Part shown: positions 61,820 through 64,000 of the stretch, one piece after another
Position numbering within the stretch: the stretch's first letter is position 1
How the letters are laid out: each line of letters starts with the position of its first letter
Assembly (NCBI GenBank): GCA_002269645.1
Contig: NIVC01002275.1
Location: 2,253 to 66,252 of the forward strand
From: Macrostomum lignano
Taxonomy: Eukaryota
Reading direction: 5' to 3'
Length of the DNA: 64,000 bases
Notes under the pieces: model-generated
Told to the model about the DNA's origin: nothing
Databases searched by the model: none
What the model saw: only the letters and a program-made list of their open reading frames with translations
Translations under genes and position numbers: made by a program

Positions 61820-63700
61820 TTTTACCTAGACTCTAGATAATATATATGTATGCTAGAAAATTCTGGTATACAGAGAGACCTACAATATACTACTGGTATA
61901 CAACTTGGTATACAGAGGGGCCTGGCATGCCCTCTTGGCGTACAGCTTGGCATATAAAGATTGCCAAGACAGCAGGTAGGACCAAAAGTTCCAAGTCCCA
62001 ATCAATCTATACAATTAGCATACAAAAATGATTAAGTTTACATTTGGCATAGTCTAGTTGCAGTAAGCCTAAGCTAAATTTTGATCAGAAAGAATTAGCT
62101 GGCCTTTCATGAAAAAATAGAAAACTAAATTTAAAAAACCAAGTTTAACTTTTTTAAGAAGTTAAAAATAAAACAAAAACAGTTAAAATGAACTAGTTCT
62201 GTATAGTGTAATAAAAAAATTTAAATGCCTGGATGCTAATGCCTGGTACAATGCAACAATAGCTAAGCAGGCAATGCTGCAGTTACTTATTTTAGCAGTG
62301 TTTAGCAATGCCAAGTTGGACTACTTAACATTGTCTAGTCAAGATGCCAGGCCATAGTCAGGATCATGGCATGGGTACACCAGAATAAAGTCTATAAAAA
62401 AGTGGTATGCCACATACGCAACCCGCTGGTATGCTGACAGACTGGGGGTATATCAGTGCATATGAACAGAAATTTTGATAATAATCCATTTAATAATAAT
62501 GGAAGTTTAAAATAATGTAAAAGTCAAACTTTAACAAATTTTTCATTTGTGTTGATTGAAATTTTTATGACTTTAACAAAAGCAAATTAGCACCAGAAAA
62601 AAACATTTTCTTTCCTTTTTAGTTTAAAAACAGTTTTTTTTAAAATAAATTTTATGCATCAGGATTCACAATATTGTGGGTAGGCAGGCATAATTGTGTG
62701 TCGTAGCATGCCATTGCATGCCATGGGGTACTTTCTCTAAACTGTGGTACGCCGTGTATGCCAAAATTGGCTCAAAATTTCCCTGTGTATGCCGGAACTT
62801 TCCAAGTAAAGCACCATCTTTCTGACTATGGATGCCAGGCTATGTATTGATGTCAGCCAAACTGGCAAAGCTTGCCATAATAAATTTATGGTTGTGGAAT
62901 GTCAAAATTGACTTTGCAAAACATAAACTATGGCAGGCTTGTACCTGGTGTGGTGAAACCACTTGATAGCAATTAAATATGCCTAAGCTAAGCACATTTG
63001 CAGCAAAGGAACTGCACAGGAACTCAAGTTGACAAAATAGGCCTAGAATCTGGCTAAACACCATAGCCAGGATGATGTACATTACACCGGAAATTTCTAG
63101 CATACAATTGAAAATTTTACTTTTTGGTGTACAATTGGCATAAAAAATGAGGCAAAATATATTTGGTGTACCTTTTGGTGTGACACTGTGGCATAAATCA
63201 TAAAAACCGTAAAACTCATAAGATGAAAGTTCATAACTATTCTTGATTTATAAAAAGTTAAAATTCCACACAAACTAATCATGTAATTTTCTTAAAAAGC
63301 TTAAACAAAAAATATGATGTTAACTAGTGCGTTGTATTTGGTGAGTGAAGCGGGTAAAGTAGAGGTGCTTATAAAGTAGGCAAAAATGTGTAACACATAA
63401 AAAGGTCATTTATTGTTGCAAAGCCTAGAAAACCTGACGTAAGTTCCTAGGACCTTGGTGTACATTTCAGTATGAAGTGGCATGTAGATTTTTAGGGGAC
63501 TTTTTATTCTGGCATATACTATGACATGATCCTGACTCTAGGTTGCGGATGGTATGCATGTATGCCAGAACTTTTCCGGTGTACAAAATGGCTACCCTAA
63601 GTCCTTAGCGTACACAATCAGCGTACACAATGCCTGGCACACTTTGTTGGCATACACAAGTAACATAGCCATGCATACTTTTTTGGCATACAAATTTTAG
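61820..63700. mobile_element. Probable decayed DNA-transposon remnants with dispersed GTAYGCC/GGCRTAC motifs
   Basis: The motif recurs in both orientations (e.g. ~61937, 62406, 62745, 62755, 62785, 63560, 63650, 63685); no transposase ORF recognised. Confidence 0.25.
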
Positions 63701-64000
63701 TGAATAAATTTATGCTGTGCCTGAAAATTGTAATGTAACTTAACGTTTTTACATAAAGTAAAGGAAAATTTGTATTATCAGTGATAAACTTTTTGCTTCT
63801 TTTAAATTAATGATAAATAAAATTAGTGTAAATTTTTGCTAAGAGTATTAATTTTGCATCATATTTTTGTAGGCATAATTTAGGTTTGTTTAAATTGAAA
63901 ATAATCATAATATTTTAAATGCCACACTTAGAGACATGACGACCATGTCTATCTATGAAATAGTGACTAGAGTCCATACTTATAGACACAGCCACCGTGT

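Noticed and set aside
54001-62400. Fungal RIP-like hypermutation
   Set aside because: CpA and TpG are abundant rather than depleted; the loss is specific to CpG.
54100-64000. Short AT-rich ORFs (54309, 56178, 59293, 59985, 60802, 61567, 61846, 62840, 63097)
   Set aside because: No recognisable domains, AT-rich composition unlike the real exons, and no consistent splice structure.

Overview
This is animal (metazoan) genomic DNA, not prokaryotic. GC-rich, poly-Q/poly-A-rich exons are separated by introns almost all filled with tandem minisatellites, a style resembling the flatworm Macrostomum (inference; not verifiable here). I assembled five spliced protein-coding genes by hand with phase-consistent splice sites: (+) an LRIG/lambik-type LRR-3xIg membrane protein with its 5' end unresolved; (+) an IRBIT/AHCYL-type SAH-hydrolase-like protein; (-) LAMTOR3/MP1 with a 1-nt frameshift; (-) a ~1518-aa carboxypeptidase D-like protein with only domain I catalytically intact and a long unexplained N-terminal extension; (-) an emerin/LAP2-like LEM-domain tail-anchored protein. 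The strongest hidden signal, absent from the ORF track, is nine U15/SNORD15-family box C/D snoRNA copies on the minus strand. They form two polycistronic intronic clusters, five in LEM intron 1 and four in CPD intron 1, linked by a ~1 kb duplication. Three copies have a D' guide shifted by one nucleotide, which by the D+5 rule would retarget methylation from G2288 to U2289 (yeast 25S numbering). Other observations: a related minisatellite family always oriented the same way relative to transcription, a probable GC-AG intron, a back-to-back poly(A) signal between convergent genes, a shared upstream 8-mer, and sharply bounded CpG-free domains at the right end. Most long ORFs in the supplied track are translations of minisatellites. 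All counts and alignments were made by eye.
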